From assembly GCA_002269645.1 (NCBI GenBank), contig NIVC01002556.1:69204-133203 (forward strand): 64,000 bases of DNA, in the 5' to 3' direction. A model generated the notes under the pieces. That model made no database searches. It was not told the DNA's origin and worked only from the letters and a program-made list of their open reading frames with translations. Of the stretch, positions 26,005-47,917 are shown piece by piece. A program made the translations under genes and the position numbers. The stretch comes from Macrostomum lignano (lineage: Eukaryota). Within the stretch, counting starts at the first letter, position 1, and each line of letters begins with the position of its first letter.

Positions 26005-26807
26005 TCGCCGCCTTAGCTTACGCCGATGACATCGCTCTAGTGTGCAGGGACGAGCTCGCGGCCCAGCGCGCCCTGGACAGACTCTGCCTGGAAGCTTCGC
26101 GTGTCGGCCTCATTTTCAACGTGAGAAAAACCGAAGTGATGCACATCAGCACCAGCACCGCGCCCGAGCTGAGCCTGCCGAGCGGCGAAACGATCTCAAC
26201 CTGCCAGACTTCCTCTACCTGGGCGCGCTGATCTTGAATCCTGAAGATATCATCATGGACCGAAAAGCACAAGCCTGGCGTGCTGCAGTCAAGATCAGCC
26301 CTGTCTTCAGCTCCGCAGCGCCTGACGCCCTCAAGATCAAGCTTTTACGCGCCACAGTCGAACCGATCCTGCTCTACGGACTCGAAGCCGTACCGGTGAC
26401 CACCACCCCGGAAAAACGCGCGAAACGGCACCTACATGGCTCTTCTTTGCTACAAACTCGGCATCCGATTCCCCGAGACCATCTCGAACCGCGATCTCGA
26501 CCGGCGCACCGGCCCTCCGCCTCTCAGCGTTATTCTGCGGCGGCGGCGACAAACCCTCGCCGGCCACGTTCTGCGACGGCACGGTCGCGGTGAAGCCAAC
26601 CCTCTCGCGATGGCGCTGCTTCACCCAACGCGAGAACGGCTTCGACGCGGCCAAGGCCGTGCTGCCACGCTGATCCAGACTCTGACTGACGACCTCAGCG
26701 ACCTTGACCTGACCCCGAGTGACACTGCTCTCTGCCCCACTGAGCTGTTTCGCGAACGCGTGCGCGCTAGGATTCTATAACCCTATGTGTCTTTTCTATC
26801 TATTCTA
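26005..26807 (+). mobile_element. 5'-truncated RTE-like LINE 3' fragment, right copy
   Basis: LAYADDIALVCRDELAAQRALDRL...FNVRKTEVM, RRRRQTLAGHVLRR; short TCTA-like tail near 26795-26807. Confidence 0.82.
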
Positions 26808-29450
26808 TGGCGATGCAACTCTGTCTAAAATCCGCTCTGCTGGCACCAGCCGAAAATACAGCAGCTGACATTCAGCGCCTGTGCTGCTCCAGGATATCAG
26901 GTACAGGTTACTCCGAGTAAACTGCTCGTACGTTCGAAAGATAAACAAAGTTAGTAATTTGTATAGATTTAAAGTCACTGGTATTTTCATAACATCACGT
27001 AGAAAGAAACTAATAAAAATTACACCGGATTTCAGTGGTAGGAGACGGTGCAAGTAATCTTGGCTTGTTGTAAAGCATTAATGGATGGAAAAAGCATTAA
27101 TTAATAGAAGAAAAAATCTTATAACGGCAAATTATTACCAAGAACTTTCCTATTTTACATAGCAGGCGTCTTTTTAACGACTAAGAGCTCTGACTGTTGA
27201 CTCTGAGGTTGCTCGCTTCATTGTCGTGTGTAGGAACCACGAGCATGCAAAAATGCCATAACTCATCGTGGCATCCTGATCACTGATCACCAGCCGGGTA
27301 ATGAACTTTAGGTAGCTGCTGCTAGGCATTCAGAACCGCCAGTCACAACTGTTCAGCATTCTGCGAGGCACCCTGCCGAACTCTTCGCTTTACGAAAACA
27401 TGCTCGATGGGGTTCATGTCCGGAGACTTCGACGGCCTGTTTAATGTGGGGTTGCACAACCCCTCGCAGTTTATGTCTTCGCACATTTCTGAATCACGTA
27501 ATGGGATGCAACATTTTGGGCCGTGTGGCAGCGTGAGTGAGAGAGGGGGGGGGCTTTAGCTGGTTGCTGAGTAAACGAGTACTTGTACTTGTCTAGCGTG
27601 GCCTTCATAGACTCCGCGGGTTGGTTAGACTAATTAAACGTTAAGTTAGCTATCATGCTACTATAAGTAGCGGGAAGCGGCTACCACCGTATTTAACCGA
27701 TAATTAATTTCTCAGAGCTACGGAAGAACAGTTGAAATTAGGCTTTGATCGAACTGCTGCTGGCTGCCGTGATGGTAGAGAGAATTCCACACGAACTGCT
27801 CGGCCTTATAGAACCAGATTGCAATGAATATGTAGTTTAATGTTAGGCTGAATGCATGTAAATGATAACTTAGAGACGTCAATTCAACATCAAATTCAGC
27901 CGCGGTGCAGAACAATACAATAAAACTGGTTGTTGACTTGTTAGTTCAAGGTCTATACATTTCGGCAGGGGCGCTCTGACATGCATGTACACGTTATGTA
28001 TTGTATATACATGTATAAGACTACAGTACATGCACCTATACTTTTCATTGTATGAAATTCAGAACACGTGATCTTAAACTCGCTCTCTAACAACCGACTG
28101 TCCTGCAGCTCTGCAAATACGTACAGTTTTAAATCAAGGACGACAAAAGTAACGTCTACTTAAGTAGTCCTTGTTTTGAACTTTACTATATGCAGCTGAT
28201 CGCTTTTTACTAACACGATGCTAGCTTGGACCGCCCGAGACGAAATTGCAATTCCCTTCTCTCGGAGACCATTTTATTGTTTCTCAATAGCTAACGCTGT
28301 AGACGCCATGTAAATACCATAGATCAGAGTGATTTTTACAAAGTGTGAATGTGTTTTAATTAGGTTCAGTTGATTGATGCTTTATTGACCACCGATCATT
28401 GAAAGTGACATGTCGACAAAATTGACCTTTACATATGTTTAGCGTCATTACATAACGTCAGGATACAAGCGTACATGTAATGTAATATACATACTCATAT
28501 ACTCAGCAACATTGAAAAGTATAGCCACCCTTTGGCCCAGTGAGCAGTGTCTTTCGTCCAGCGTCTAATCACCTAGCTCAGGTACATATACTGGTACTCA
28601 ACAACATCGAAAAGTCGCCATCAGAGAAGATTCCGTCTGTGGTCGCCACTTTTGAGAGTGCAGGTTATAAGACTCTCAATCTTTGCGAGTGACGCTACTA
28701 CCCCGATCAATTTTCTCGCATCTTTTAGTTCAGAACAGTCTAAGAGAAATCGTTCACTGGCGCATAGAGTGGCGACTCTTCAGTGTTGCTGAGTACATAT
28801 TATTACCTTTGGATAAACATTTTGATATTAAAACATGCTTGAAAAACAATGAAAACCTTGGCGAAAGCTTTAATCCATCCATCCAATCTTCGAGTCCTCC
28901 GCTCTTCCCAATCCCTCCTCACTCAGCTCAACTCTGCGTCGCGTGGCGCAAATTGCGTCACTCAAAAGTCAATACTGAGCTGGAATTTAGTGCGCACTCT
29001 CAAAGGTGGCGACTTTTTAATGCGATAACTGCCATAAATTTAAGATAGCACTATGAGGTCAAGTGCAGCGCAGTTTTTCCGCAACAGTTAATTTTAAATG
29101 TAGGTCAGCTGAATCAATACGTGTAACAGTAAAATTCACAGAACCGACAGGCGCAAACAATTGTGTCCAAAGAACTGATCAATATAGCTATTTGCATACA
29201 CTGCAGCATGTACATACAGTGTACAACAGTACTGTAGATTGCGATAATAGAACCAGCTATTCGCAAGATACGGCACAGTACTGTGCATGCATGTGCTCAC
29301 AGATAAAGCAACACAATCGAGGGAGGGAAAGCAGGCTTAGAGAAGGCTAGAGTTCGAAGTTGAGTCCACTATCATGCAAATGACGCATTTGCGAGTGCTG
29401 GATCCAAGTTTTCTGATTTCCGAGTAAATTTCTAACCGAGTAACTAACCG

Positions 29451-30206
29451 GTTTTGTCTCGCATAGAGACGCCGAACCGCAGTACCCATGTGACACTTGT
29501 CTCTGCCTGGCTGAAAGCTTGTAATGAGTTAGTAGGCTGGGTTAGAGGGTAATAGTCGATCAGGAAGGGCTGTGGGTAGCTGTATAGGAAGGCAGGCCTA
29601 TACTCGGTTCCAGTTGATGCTCTGACGGTCTCCCTCGGAGTGTCCTCTGGTGAACGGCTAGCTTTAAGCTGGAGTGTGCCAAAACCATGACTGAGTCTGA
29701 GCAGGACGAGGCCGTTGGCACGGCAACCATAAAAATGGCGGGTTGGCGAAGCAAAGGGTGAAATAGTCCCGGCGATTAGCCCTCCTGCCGCTTCAAAGAT
29801 AAGAGACTGTCTTGGCAAAGAGTACCCGGGGTTAGTGGGGGGGGGCAGTCCCAGGCTGGTAGCCACGGCCGTGGGGGCATTGGTCAAATGACCAATTTTT
29901 TGGCACTACTGACCCGGAGAAGGCACGGGCTTCCCTCACTGGTTCGCTGAACCCTCGCTGGCCCCGGGGGGGGGTTTAGTATTGTGTCTGGAGTAGGTGT
30001 GACGCCCCGACAGCTGGGGGTAGCCCCCCCCCCTCAGCCCGACTGGTGTCGCCTGCTCGGCTTGATTGGTCACAGTCTCCTATAGCCTAATTTAGAAGAC
30101 TAGTGTACCTGAGTACACTCCCAATATGGAAACTAATTTATCTTAGAGGCGTAAGAGCCTATTCATTTGGCTGAGGCGCCGATTTTACTTATTTTAGTTA
30201 GTTAGT
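29451..30206 (+). mobile_element. Non-LTR retroposon with (TTAG)n tail, right copy
   Basis: TSD TAACCGAGTAACTAACCG at 29433-29450 and 30207-30224; ends TTTTAGTTAGTTAGT. Confidence 0.8.
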
Positions 30207-30241
30207 TAACCGAGTAACTAACCGAGTAGCATTAATTGGCC

Positions 30242-31958
30242 ATGACTCTCGTCATTACAGTGATAGTTGGGCTGCTGGCCGCTCTGCTGAGCCGCCATCT
30301 GATTCGGCGGCTGAAACGTCGGGGTCCGATCGGTCTGCCGATACTGGGCAGCCTGCCCTATATGATGTACAGAGCTGTCACTGATCGACAATTTCGTTGG
30401 TACCTCTTTGTCGATGAAATGCGCAAGGCCTACGGCGAGGTCATCTCGCTTGTGATCGGCACGCAGGAGTTTGTTGTGATCTCCGGCTACAACAAGATCA
30501 AAGCCGCATTTGTAGATCGAGCCGACATGTTCTCACAGCGACCGAATCATCCCTTCTACCAGATCGTAGCCGAGGGCCGCGGCCTTCTCTTCTCAGAGGG
30601 CCCACTTTGGCAGGATCAGCGCCGTTTTGCTCTTCGGGTTTTGCGTGACTTCGGTCTAGGCAGGAGCCTCTCGGAGCAACAGATCCAGACTGAGGCACAG
30701 GAACTCGCCAGACACCTCAGCGACTATAATGGACAGGAGACGGATGTAAAGTGTGAGAATACTATATACTCGTATATTGTACATGTTGCCGGTTATCTGC
30801 ATGGCCTTGTAATATTTCGTACCAACAATACTAGTGCCGAGTATATAAATCTGATGACAAAAAATTCTTTCAGCTCACATCACTAAGGCCGTAGTCAATG
30901 TAATAGCAGGTCTTGTGTTCGCTGAACGAAGCGGTTACGAGGACCCCAAGCTAGAGGAATTTCTGGAGCACACGAAGGCCTTGACGCAAGCTGGACTGGA
31001 TACTGTACTCATGGTCTTCTTTCCCCAGCTGCCGATTTCGCTTACATCGCTTTCACCAAGCAGCAATCGCATCTTGCAGAGCGAGCGATGGGTTATGGAC
31101 TACTGCTGGGATAAGATTCAGGATATTAGCCGCAACTACGATAAGTCAAGCGAGCCTATTTGCTTTGTTGAGGCTTATCTTCGAGAGCAGCGGATGCGGC
31201 AGGCTTCCGGGGAGGGCGATGTCGGTAGCTTTGACAACCGACAGCTGATACGGACTGTATCTGACTTGTACGTTGCCGGTAGCGACACGACCGCCACTAC
31301 ATTGCGCTGGGCGCTGCTATACTGCTGCTTTCACCCAGAGCTTCAGGAGGCCTGCCACATCGAGATCAGCACAGTCATTGGTGACCGCGAGGTCAGCATG
31401 AAAGATAAGCGGAGTTTGCACAAGGTACAGGCGTTTCTGGATGAAACTCAGCGGATGGCGAACCTGGTGCCTATGAGCGTTGAGCACCGAGCTGCAAAGG
31501 TGAGAAAGCTTTAGCACTTTCAAAGCGAATGCGTCAAGTTTTTATTTTGCGAAACTGACCATCTTCTCTTATGTTTACCCGTTAAGGAAGTTGACTTTGA
31601 CGGACTGCCCGTTTCGCCCGACAGCATAGTACTGCCCAATCTGTACTCAGTTCATATGGACCCGGAGCTATTCCCGGAGCCGCACGAGTTCAACATCAAT
31701 CGATTTCTGGACCTAGAGACCGGAACGTACAAGCCCTCTGAGTACCTCATTCCTTTCAGCGTCGGCAAACGCTCCTGCTTGGGAGAGACACTGGCTCGGA
31801 TGGAGCTGTTCCTCTTCTTTGTCCCTCTGCTGCAAAAGTTTCGTTTCGAACCGAATGAGGACTGCAAACTGAAGCGAGAGGATATCCTTCTGGGACACGA
31901 CGGCATCGTGAGAGCACCGGCAGATCACAGGCTAGTTGTGCACAGCCGCGCGCTATGA
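30242..31958 (+). CDS. Cytochrome P450, clan 2 (CYP2-like), right copy; join(30242..30752,30874..31499,31587..31958), 502 aa
   Basis: Same motifs as the left copy; exon lengths 511+626+372=1509 nt; junctions AAGT|GTGAGA, TTTCAG|CTCAC, AAG|GTGAGA, TTAAG|GAA. Confidence 0.95.
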
Positions 31959-33761
31959 CTGTGAAAACTGGATAGGTCGCAGGTTCCATAGCACAAACAG
32001 AAGCGTAAAAATTGATTAACTCTACAGATTAATAGCGTGCAGCCCGCCTCAATCAACACTGCAAGTGCGAAAACACTTTCATTGTAAGCCAGGTTTTCTG
32101 TAGCCAGTATTTCGGGAACCATTGTTTGAAATGTCACTTCAAATTAATGACCGGTCATTGATTGGCTTTCTAAAAAATAAACAAGAACCTAAATATCTAA
32201 CGAAGTGGATAATCACTAATCAGAACAGTTCAAGACAATAGGCTAGTTTGTTTTTAAATTCACTGTTGTCGAATCGTCTTTAATCGACTCGCCTCATCAA
32301 TGCATCAGCTTCAATCAAGCTGGCAGCCATGGACGCCAGACCCGGAATTTCCGAGTAGAGGGATATTTTTAAGTAATAGGACCAAGTGTTCTTACACTTG
32401 GTAAAGACAGAAGCTGCCTTATAATTTTATCAGTTATAGTAGCTGTCATTGTCATTATTTATTAATTCATGCTGTTGAAAACTGTGGGATTTGAGCGAGA
32501 GCCTGATTAATATTTGAAACGTTATTTTCTACTTGGAGCCAGAATTTTTGCATGAACTGGATGCATTTGGATTTGTAATTAGGGTCGTGCTGTTTATAAT
32601 AGAAACCTGGTGAGAGAACTGGGAACTTTTTATTGTAATTTTAGAGGGTAAGGAGTGAGGACCCTGCTCTGGTAACAATATGGAACTACTAGTGTTTTGG
32701 TGGCTGTGAAAAAATGTCCTGAAAGTGGTTGATCGGTGATTTAGAAGGTAGCAGGTAAAAGTATTATGCTGGAATTCTCTAACAAGTCACCTCTTGTTGT
32801 CGATTCTTTGCGAATAATACAGATACAATAAATGGCGCTATGCAGGCAGTGAAGAATTCTGTCCTAAAGGCCCCTTCATAAAAACTACTCACTCCCTATG
32901 CTAAGGGCATTTTAATCTTCATCAGTAATATTCCCGAAGTCATACCTACGGGTAAAAATGATCTATGCTGACATCGCGCTCCTCGGCCCCGACCACAGCC
33001 TCTCGCTTAGCCGAATCCCGCAGGACAGCCTCCCACAGGAACGTCAGGATGCTCCTAGCGGGCCAAGTCAGGTGTCTTTGAAGTTTCAACGTGACCACTG
33101 CTTGCTGTGCATGGTTTTCTCGTTAAGAATTAGAATAAAAACCTGGCAGCTATTATTCGTGAGAAAACATACCAAAAAGAATTCGGAACAATGTGATACA
33201 GGCTGCTTAAGCAAACAACTGCTATTTTGATACTCAGAGTTGTAAAACAGGACCAATCAAAGAAAAAGCGTTTCTATATTTGCTGGCAAACAGTTAGAAA
33301 ATAACCGGTAAATTTTATATAACTGAAAATAAAAATTACCAAGTAGTTGGATGTGTAAGCGGTGCAAATGTCTGATAAGATTAGAGTTATAGTGGAATTA
33401 AGGTATGATAATGACACGATTCAGATCTGGCTGCTACCACGAATTGAAAACAATTCAAATGGGGAATATGAAAATTCAGCCAACCAGTTGAAGAGGAGGA
33501 AAACGGGGAAATTAATATTGATAAATTGGTGCGAGCGGAAAGGCAATGATCGGAAACGACAATATTTATGTGATGCAATCACTAATACAAAGCACAGGGC
33601 TAGTGTTTTCACTTATTTCTATCCGTGACGAAAAATTGCCCATCCATAAAAATCGTAGCTCATAGGGCAAATCGGCAGATGAGTTTAGGTTCAAGCGGTG
33701 AAAGCAGGCTCAGTGTGGGACTTGGCCTGCAGCGTGCGAGTCTTGGGCTCGTCCTGATCGC

Positions 33762-41041
<7,280 letters not shown>

Positions 41042-41174
41042 TTCAATTGTTGAATACAAGTGTTAAAGTAGGGCAAAAATAGAGAACCTATGTATTTAGA
41101 TTTTAGTGCGACGTCTTCATTAACATACAATTTAGGCTGAATTAAATAGGCCTCTTTTCCTTATTTGATTCGCC

Positions 41175-44100
41175 GGGTCGTTCTCAAAGCTAGGTCACAA
41201 CTTTTTGTTATTGCAAAAAAAGTTTATACATCGACCAATAATCGTACAAAAAAAATTCTTTCGACAATTTCTGTAAGAAGCTGCTACTAAAACCACAAGA
41301 AAACTTGAAATTGAGAAGAAATCAAGGCTATTTGTTATTCTTTGTTGCGGAAAATAAACGACAAAAATATTAAAGAGAAAATAAAATTTTCTTCCATTTT
41401 TATTTTAAATATGCAGTTCAATTTCTTTTGCAAAAATAAAAGAACAAGAAATTGACAAAGGAAATGTTTTTGAGCACAGCATTTTGTTACTCTGCTCTAA
41501 ATCCCAGACATTTAAAATTATCGTGTGCGAAAAAGTGCGAAATTATTATAACATGCACTCGAAAGAACTTCGATCAGTTTAACTAATCACTGAATTAAGA
41601 AGTCTAAATAAGTCTTGAAAGGTTGAATTAAAAATCAAGTTTTCACTATGTATCTTTTCAAAGGCAAGATGATTCGACAAATAAAGAATGTTCATTTTTA
41701 CCTTGAATAGAATTGTTCATTTTTACATTAAATATAATAAAATCTTACTAATAATAGAAAAAGTCAGGGAACTATCCTTGAACACCAAAAAGCACATTGT
41801 GGATTTAATATCGACTGCATGTTCCTTAATAAAGGAATTCGGATACTAGTATATATTTGATTATTTGTAGCATAATTTCTGAAAACTATAACTTGCTTGA
41901 TTTTACTTTAAGTACTCATTACATTAATACTTATACCAAAGCTACATGTACTTAAAATAAAAAATTATAGTTACTTATTAGACATTTTACTCCAATTAAC
42001 TTAAAATAATTCAAATTTATTTTAATTAATTCATTTTTTGAAACTTTTTGGAAAATAGACAAAATTGAATTATTTAATTACCAAAAACCTACTAGCTTAA
42101 CTAAAATAGCAATTAGTCTTTAAGAAAAGATTTCACTTGTTAATTGAGAAAAATGAGGATTGCGAGGTGTAAAAATGCGAAAGAGCATGCAGGAAACAGA
42201 GACAAACAAAAATGTAGGTAAAAGACACTGCACATGCACATAATATGATAACCAGACATAATGCGCACACTGAAACACCAGTAGCAATGACGCCCAAGCT
42301 TTTGATGATCACAAGCGAAAAGGCAAAACCCAGCCATCAATCAAAGAAGTAGACTTTAGCACGCATCTTGAGTGCATCACGCATTTTTTGCAGAGAAGCT
42401 CGAAAATTAACATTGTATTCTGTGCACAACCACCAACTGCGACAGGGTCTGCCGGGGGATTTGTGGGCACGCGGTCGCGGATACAAATCGGAGGAGTCGC
42501 TGACCATTCTGAAATTACAAGCTATATAGTACATGTAATTTTGTGTATTAATATATTTAGCCCGCTTTATTTCTATGCTCTCGTCCGCCTCTCGTTAATG
42601 CATCCCCAGACTCATGCAATAATCAAACTTATGATCGAACTATGCATGGCTTCCGTCCCTCGCTTTGAATCTCTCACCTCCCCATAGTTCCATCAACCTT
42701 ACCGTAGTGGCTTCCTATGCAAAAATCATCCCTCCGCATCTTACACAGGCTACTTCAGGCTGTAGACTGTACTACACTATTAATTAGTTGCGCTAAGGAA
42801 TCTACATGTATTTGCTCGCAGCGCAGCGCGCTGCTCAAATAAGGTTAGATCCATCTAGATATTCTAGTAATTTCAGGTTTGTCCATAGACTAGAGCTCAT
42901 GAGATGAGAATTCCATTAACTAGTACATTTAATATGAATGAACTGCGTGTGTGTGTGCTGTGCATACAATGTATAATATACGAGTAGTTTATGGGCCAAA
43001 TTATTGTGTGGCACAATTCTTGGCATCACTCAGCAGGCACAAGATGCAGTTAAGCAGCGCACGAAAATTCTACAAAAGAAATTGAGCCTGGTTGAGGTGA
43101 TGCGAGGAGGCAGATCCACACAATCTCAGTGAATACACCAGACTGCACCAGATACGAGTCCAGTCGAATGTGCGCACTGGTCTAAGCAGCACACGCATGT
43201 CCTCCTGACAATGACGGCACCTAGCTTCGTCCAAGCCTTTGCCAGCGTCACTGACAGACAGCGTCAATACTACCATGCAGTGCCACCTGCAGCACCGACA
43301 ACGGCAATTCCTCCAGTTAGCCCACAACAGTGGCTAAACTGAGGGACAGGGAACCTACCCGCAGAAGACACACACATACACACACAGCACCGGCAGCAGC
43401 ACTCTGACAGCATAACCTAAAGCTCCATGAGCTCAGTTTTCAAGCATTGAAGAAGCAGAAGCAGTCATCTTGAATCCAGGGATCAGGAAGAGTGTTGCAT
43501 GTCCGACATGTGCTGTTTCCGTGGCAAAAGGTGATGGAGCAAATTAATCAACACTTACTATCTAGCTCGTATTAAGACTAAAAAACTGAGGCAAGCTGGG
43601 ATTAAACCAAGGAAAATTTTTTACTATACTTTTTTACCATATCACTTGTTAATTTGTAAATTGTAAATAATTGCAATTGTTAATTGTAAATAGTGGTTAC
43701 TTTTATAGTATAGTAGAGAGGTACTCTATTTAAATGCAGTAAGAAGTGAAACAAATTTATATATTTAATTATTAAATTAAATTAATTCAAGGTAAATAAC
43801 TAATTTAACCAATTTATTAGGAGTATTTAATATTATAATAAATTGATTTTTATACCTTACACGGAATAAGCTCTACATTCATTTCTTAGCTTGGGGCCCA
43901 TCTGTATAAGGTCAGTTTCTTCAAAATGCTGATTAATTAATTAAGGCCTGTTGTCTTTACTTAAATTTATAAGGGCATCTTAGAAGTTAATATTACTATA
44001 TAATAACATGTATAATATTATTACTATATTATAATAATATAGTTGCAATTTTAATGACTATTGAATAAGTCTAAATGCTTCCCCTATTAACTTTAAATAT

Positions 44101-45024
44101 ATGGTATCTTTCCCTTCAGAAAAAATTAGCATAGAATGACTTGATGAAAACAAAAAAAAATCATTTCGAGATACACATTTGCTGATCATTCAGGTCAAAT
44201 TTCAAGGTCCAGTTTTGCAAATGTTTCTCTGTAGCTTGGTTACAAGGATTCTAATAAAAATATAATAAATATGTCCAATGAACTAACTGATACATAGCCA
44301 AATTGAAGTATTTTCAAAAACAAAAAAAATCATTTGCTCAGTTTACTTTACTGGATATCTGTGTAAAATTTCAGCTCAAAAGGTGCTCCATGGAGAATGC
44401 TAGTGTGGTTACAGGATATTTATTTTGTGCTTCAAAGTAGGAGTTTATTGCGATGCATGGTTGCTTTTAATTATTTTTATCAACAATAGTGCTCTATTTA
44501 ATAACAATTTTTTACAAAAAGATAATAAGACATGTTTTTCTAATTATCTGCATCAAAATGTATCATTTTAAGCGCACATTCTAGACGTCAGCTGAAAAAT
44601 ACATTTTGTGAGATGAGAAGAGGCTATCCCACCGGAAATGCTAGGCGTACAGTTAAGCGTCTATAAAATAATTTATAGTGCAGTTTATTAAGCTTTAAAA
44701 AATCTTAAATTAAATTTATATAAGCTTTCATTTTAAATGTAATATAGCAAGGTTTCAACACAACAACAACTTTTTTTAGCTACAGACATCTTGTAGTATC
44801 AAAAATTAACATCGGTGAAATGATTGAATTTAATTTTTTTCATCGCTAATTATCGCTTAATACCGCCAGATGATTAAAAACACTTTTGCATGATAAAGTT
44901 CAACCCAAAAATTATCTTTATTCACAGATAAAAGTGTCCTATTATTTTCAATATGGCAGTAACAATAGTAAATGTTCGGAAAATTGTTAAAATTTTTGCT
45001 CCTCCTAGAATTTGCGAACGACCC
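41175..45024. mobile_element. 3.85-kb TIR DNA transposon with 4-bp TSD (Sola2-like by termini and TSD; superfamily tentative), right arm only
   Basis: Starts GGGTCGTTCTCAAAGCTAGG and ends CCTAGAATTTGCGAACGACCC; CGCC duplicated at 41171-41174 and 45025-45028. The empty site is visible in the left arm at 4715-4718. Confidence 0.88.
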
Positions 45025-46176
45025 CGCCGCTCCGCTTTCAGTCAGTCCGGCACATTTGAATTTTTAAAGCAACAAACAAACGTTTCAGTATTTTTTAAAA
45101 TTTACTGTGTAATATCAGTCATCTATGCTAAAAAAGGTCTGTAAAGAGCAAAATAAACAGAATTAGAGTTTCTTTTGCAAATAAAGAGAGAAACTTTTGT
45201 TTTTTTAAACTTCGTAAAAAGCAATTATTTAGCAATTACTTTAAAAACAAGTTCTATTATTATTTATTATTGCACTTCGAAAAGTTCTAATTGAGAAAGC
45301 GTGCTTCTGGAAAGTTTCCTTTTTTGAAATTTAGAGTTCTAGTAAGAAAAAAACAAGTATAATTTAAAGGCAATGTCGTAAGATGGAACGACGCGTCAGT
45401 GTACTTCTTCGGTTTGAGGTTATCTTATGACTATGTCGTTATGATGGCTATGTCGACGTTATGTATGCATTTATTTAATTTATTTTAACTAGTAGGGCTT
45501 ATATAGTGTAAACATTTTTTTAGATATGAAGCTTTGTACCAGGCTGTAAAAGTAAATTGTAATGTTATATATACATTTGTAACAATATGGATTTTTGGTA
45601 GCCCTTTGTTTGACAAAATAAACTGCACCTTGTCCTTGCTTAGGCCTAGTGGATTTTTGGAAAATTAAAATGGATCTGCTAATGGTCTGTGTTTTAAATT
45701 GTTACTATTATTGTATTACATTGCTTATTGCTTTTAGTATTGGTAGTAGTCAATTAGGCTTATTTCCAATAGCCTAGAAGTTGGCCTTTCTAGTTAAATT
45801 TTAAAGGACATATTTTAGATAGGCTACCAATCAGTAATCACTTTGGTAACAGAACATTTTGGCAGCAATTTTAGGCAAGTTTGGCAAATCTCCAAATATA
45901 TAAATTATAGATTTAGCAAAAAATGTAGTTGTCACTTGGTTGCTTTAAATTTGAAATAAATTTCTATGTTGCAAATCAAAAACATTTGTTCATTATTAAA
46001 TAATTGCATAAATATTTGTTTAAAAGGTGGTTGAAGCAGAAAAATTTTGTTAAAAGGTTAGACAATTATTTCAAATATATGTTGTCAATTGGCTCTTTAT
46101 CAAATAGAGCCCAACTGGGATTAGAAAAATCTTGTTGGGCAAGATTGGATGGGATTGAATTTAGTGATAGATCCAA

Positions 46177-47917
46177 ATGTGAGGGTTTCCCGACAGATAT
46201 TCAGACAGATATTCAAAATGATCATCTACTACTTTTAACAAAATGGACCAAACGGAAACATATTTTTGGCAGATGTTTACGCATGTGTTTGCAATCAAAT
46301 GAGCCCAAATTTGTTTTATAAAATAAAAAAACTTTACAAAGTGCATTGTTTCAAAGATTGCTTGGCAACACCCTGATTCAGCATCTCTTCAACGTTTTCT
46401 GAAAATGATTCAATTTTTACATCCCATAAATGTGCCCCGTATCCCAAAAAGACATTGGACTAACTCTTATGCATGTTTCAGCTATAAAATGCCGCATCAC
46501 GCGTCTAATAAAATACTTTAATTCTTGAATTATTTTCTTTTAAAGTGTGCTTGGCAATTTGCTTTTTTGAAGGCAAGTCAAGAAACAGCACATATTTGCT
46601 GATGTCAGAACTCCATTTCGCTCTCAAATTAAATGAATTTATAGTTCCATTCTTACGCACATCCCAGCTTTAGAATGACACCATTGAAGCTGAAAAAGAA
46701 ACAGTATTTCCTGAGATATTCGACTCTAAAAAGTGCTTTGCTTTTGAGTCAATAACGCTTGACGTTTTATGTCGAAATATACACCAAGAAATTGTGACAC
46801 CATTTTTTGCTTATGAAATATAAAACTTAACTCACTCTTTTACGCATGTCCCAGCTTTAAAATGACACCTCAGGCGTCGCCAAAGACGCCACCGTTCGTG
46901 AGATATTCAACTCTAAACATTGCTCAGCGTGTACAGACATTCACCTTATAAATCAAATGTACTCCCAATCTTTGTGCACGTGCTCCACCTGTGTTTTTCA
47001 GTCAATTCCGATGAAATTTAACTTGCTCTTTTATGCACGTCCCAGCTTTAAAATGACACCTCAGGCGTTGCCAAAGACACCACCATTTGTGAGATATTCA
47101 ACTCGAAACATTGCTCGGCGTGTACAGACATTCACCTTGAGAAGTCAATTGCAGTCAATCTTGGCGAAACTTTAATGAAGATATTTGATTCGAAACATTG
47201 CTCGCCGTTTAGTTTGAGCCATTATAAACTTTTGACCAAAACAGTAAATTCTATTTTTCGATTTTTTGAATGGAGGCGAATCACCTGAATGATTGATAAT
47301 TTTCGACAGTAAACATAATAATATTATTACATAACATTATAACATATTAATAATACGAGCGACAGTGTCACATCATTATTCACTGACTTCCACTTAAATT
47401 TTGGCATACCTGCAATTAAAAGGGCTTTTAATAAATGATGCAGTTTTGTTTCGTAAGCAAAAAATGGTGTCACAATTTCTTGGCATATATTTCGACATAA
47501 AACGTCAAGCGTTATTGATTCAAAAGCAAAGCACACTTTAGAGTCGAATATCTCAGGAAATACTGTTTCTTTTTCAGCTTCAATGGTGTCATTCTAAAGC
47601 TGGGATGTGCGTAAGAATGGAACTATAAATTCATTTAATTTGAGAGCGAAATGGAGTTCTGACATCAGCAAATATGTGCTATTTCTTGACTTGCCTTCAA
47701 AAAAGCAAATTGCCAAGCACACTTTAAAAGAAAATAATTCAAGAATTAAAGTATTTTATTAGACACGTTATTTTATAAAACAAATTTGGGCTCATTTGAT
47801 TGCAAACACATGCGTAAACATCTGCCAAAAATATGTTTCCGTTTGGTCCATTTTGTTAAAAGTAGTAGATGATCGTTTTGAATATCTGTCTGAATATCTG
47901 TTGAGAAACCCTCACAT
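46177..47917. mobile_element. Foldback/Mutator-like non-autonomous element with long modular TIRs
   Basis: 46177-46325 pairs with about 47770-47917 and about 46490-46825 pairs with about 47440-47770. Internal repeats of about 190 bp (CCCAGCTTTA(G/A)AATGACACC). Perfect 9-bp TSD TAGATCCAA at 46168-46176 and 47918-47926. Confidence 0.85.

Noticed and set aside
42140-43530. GC-richer patches inside the 3.85-kb element as transposase exons
   Set aside because: Hand translation gave only short frames with no DDE or other recognisable motif.
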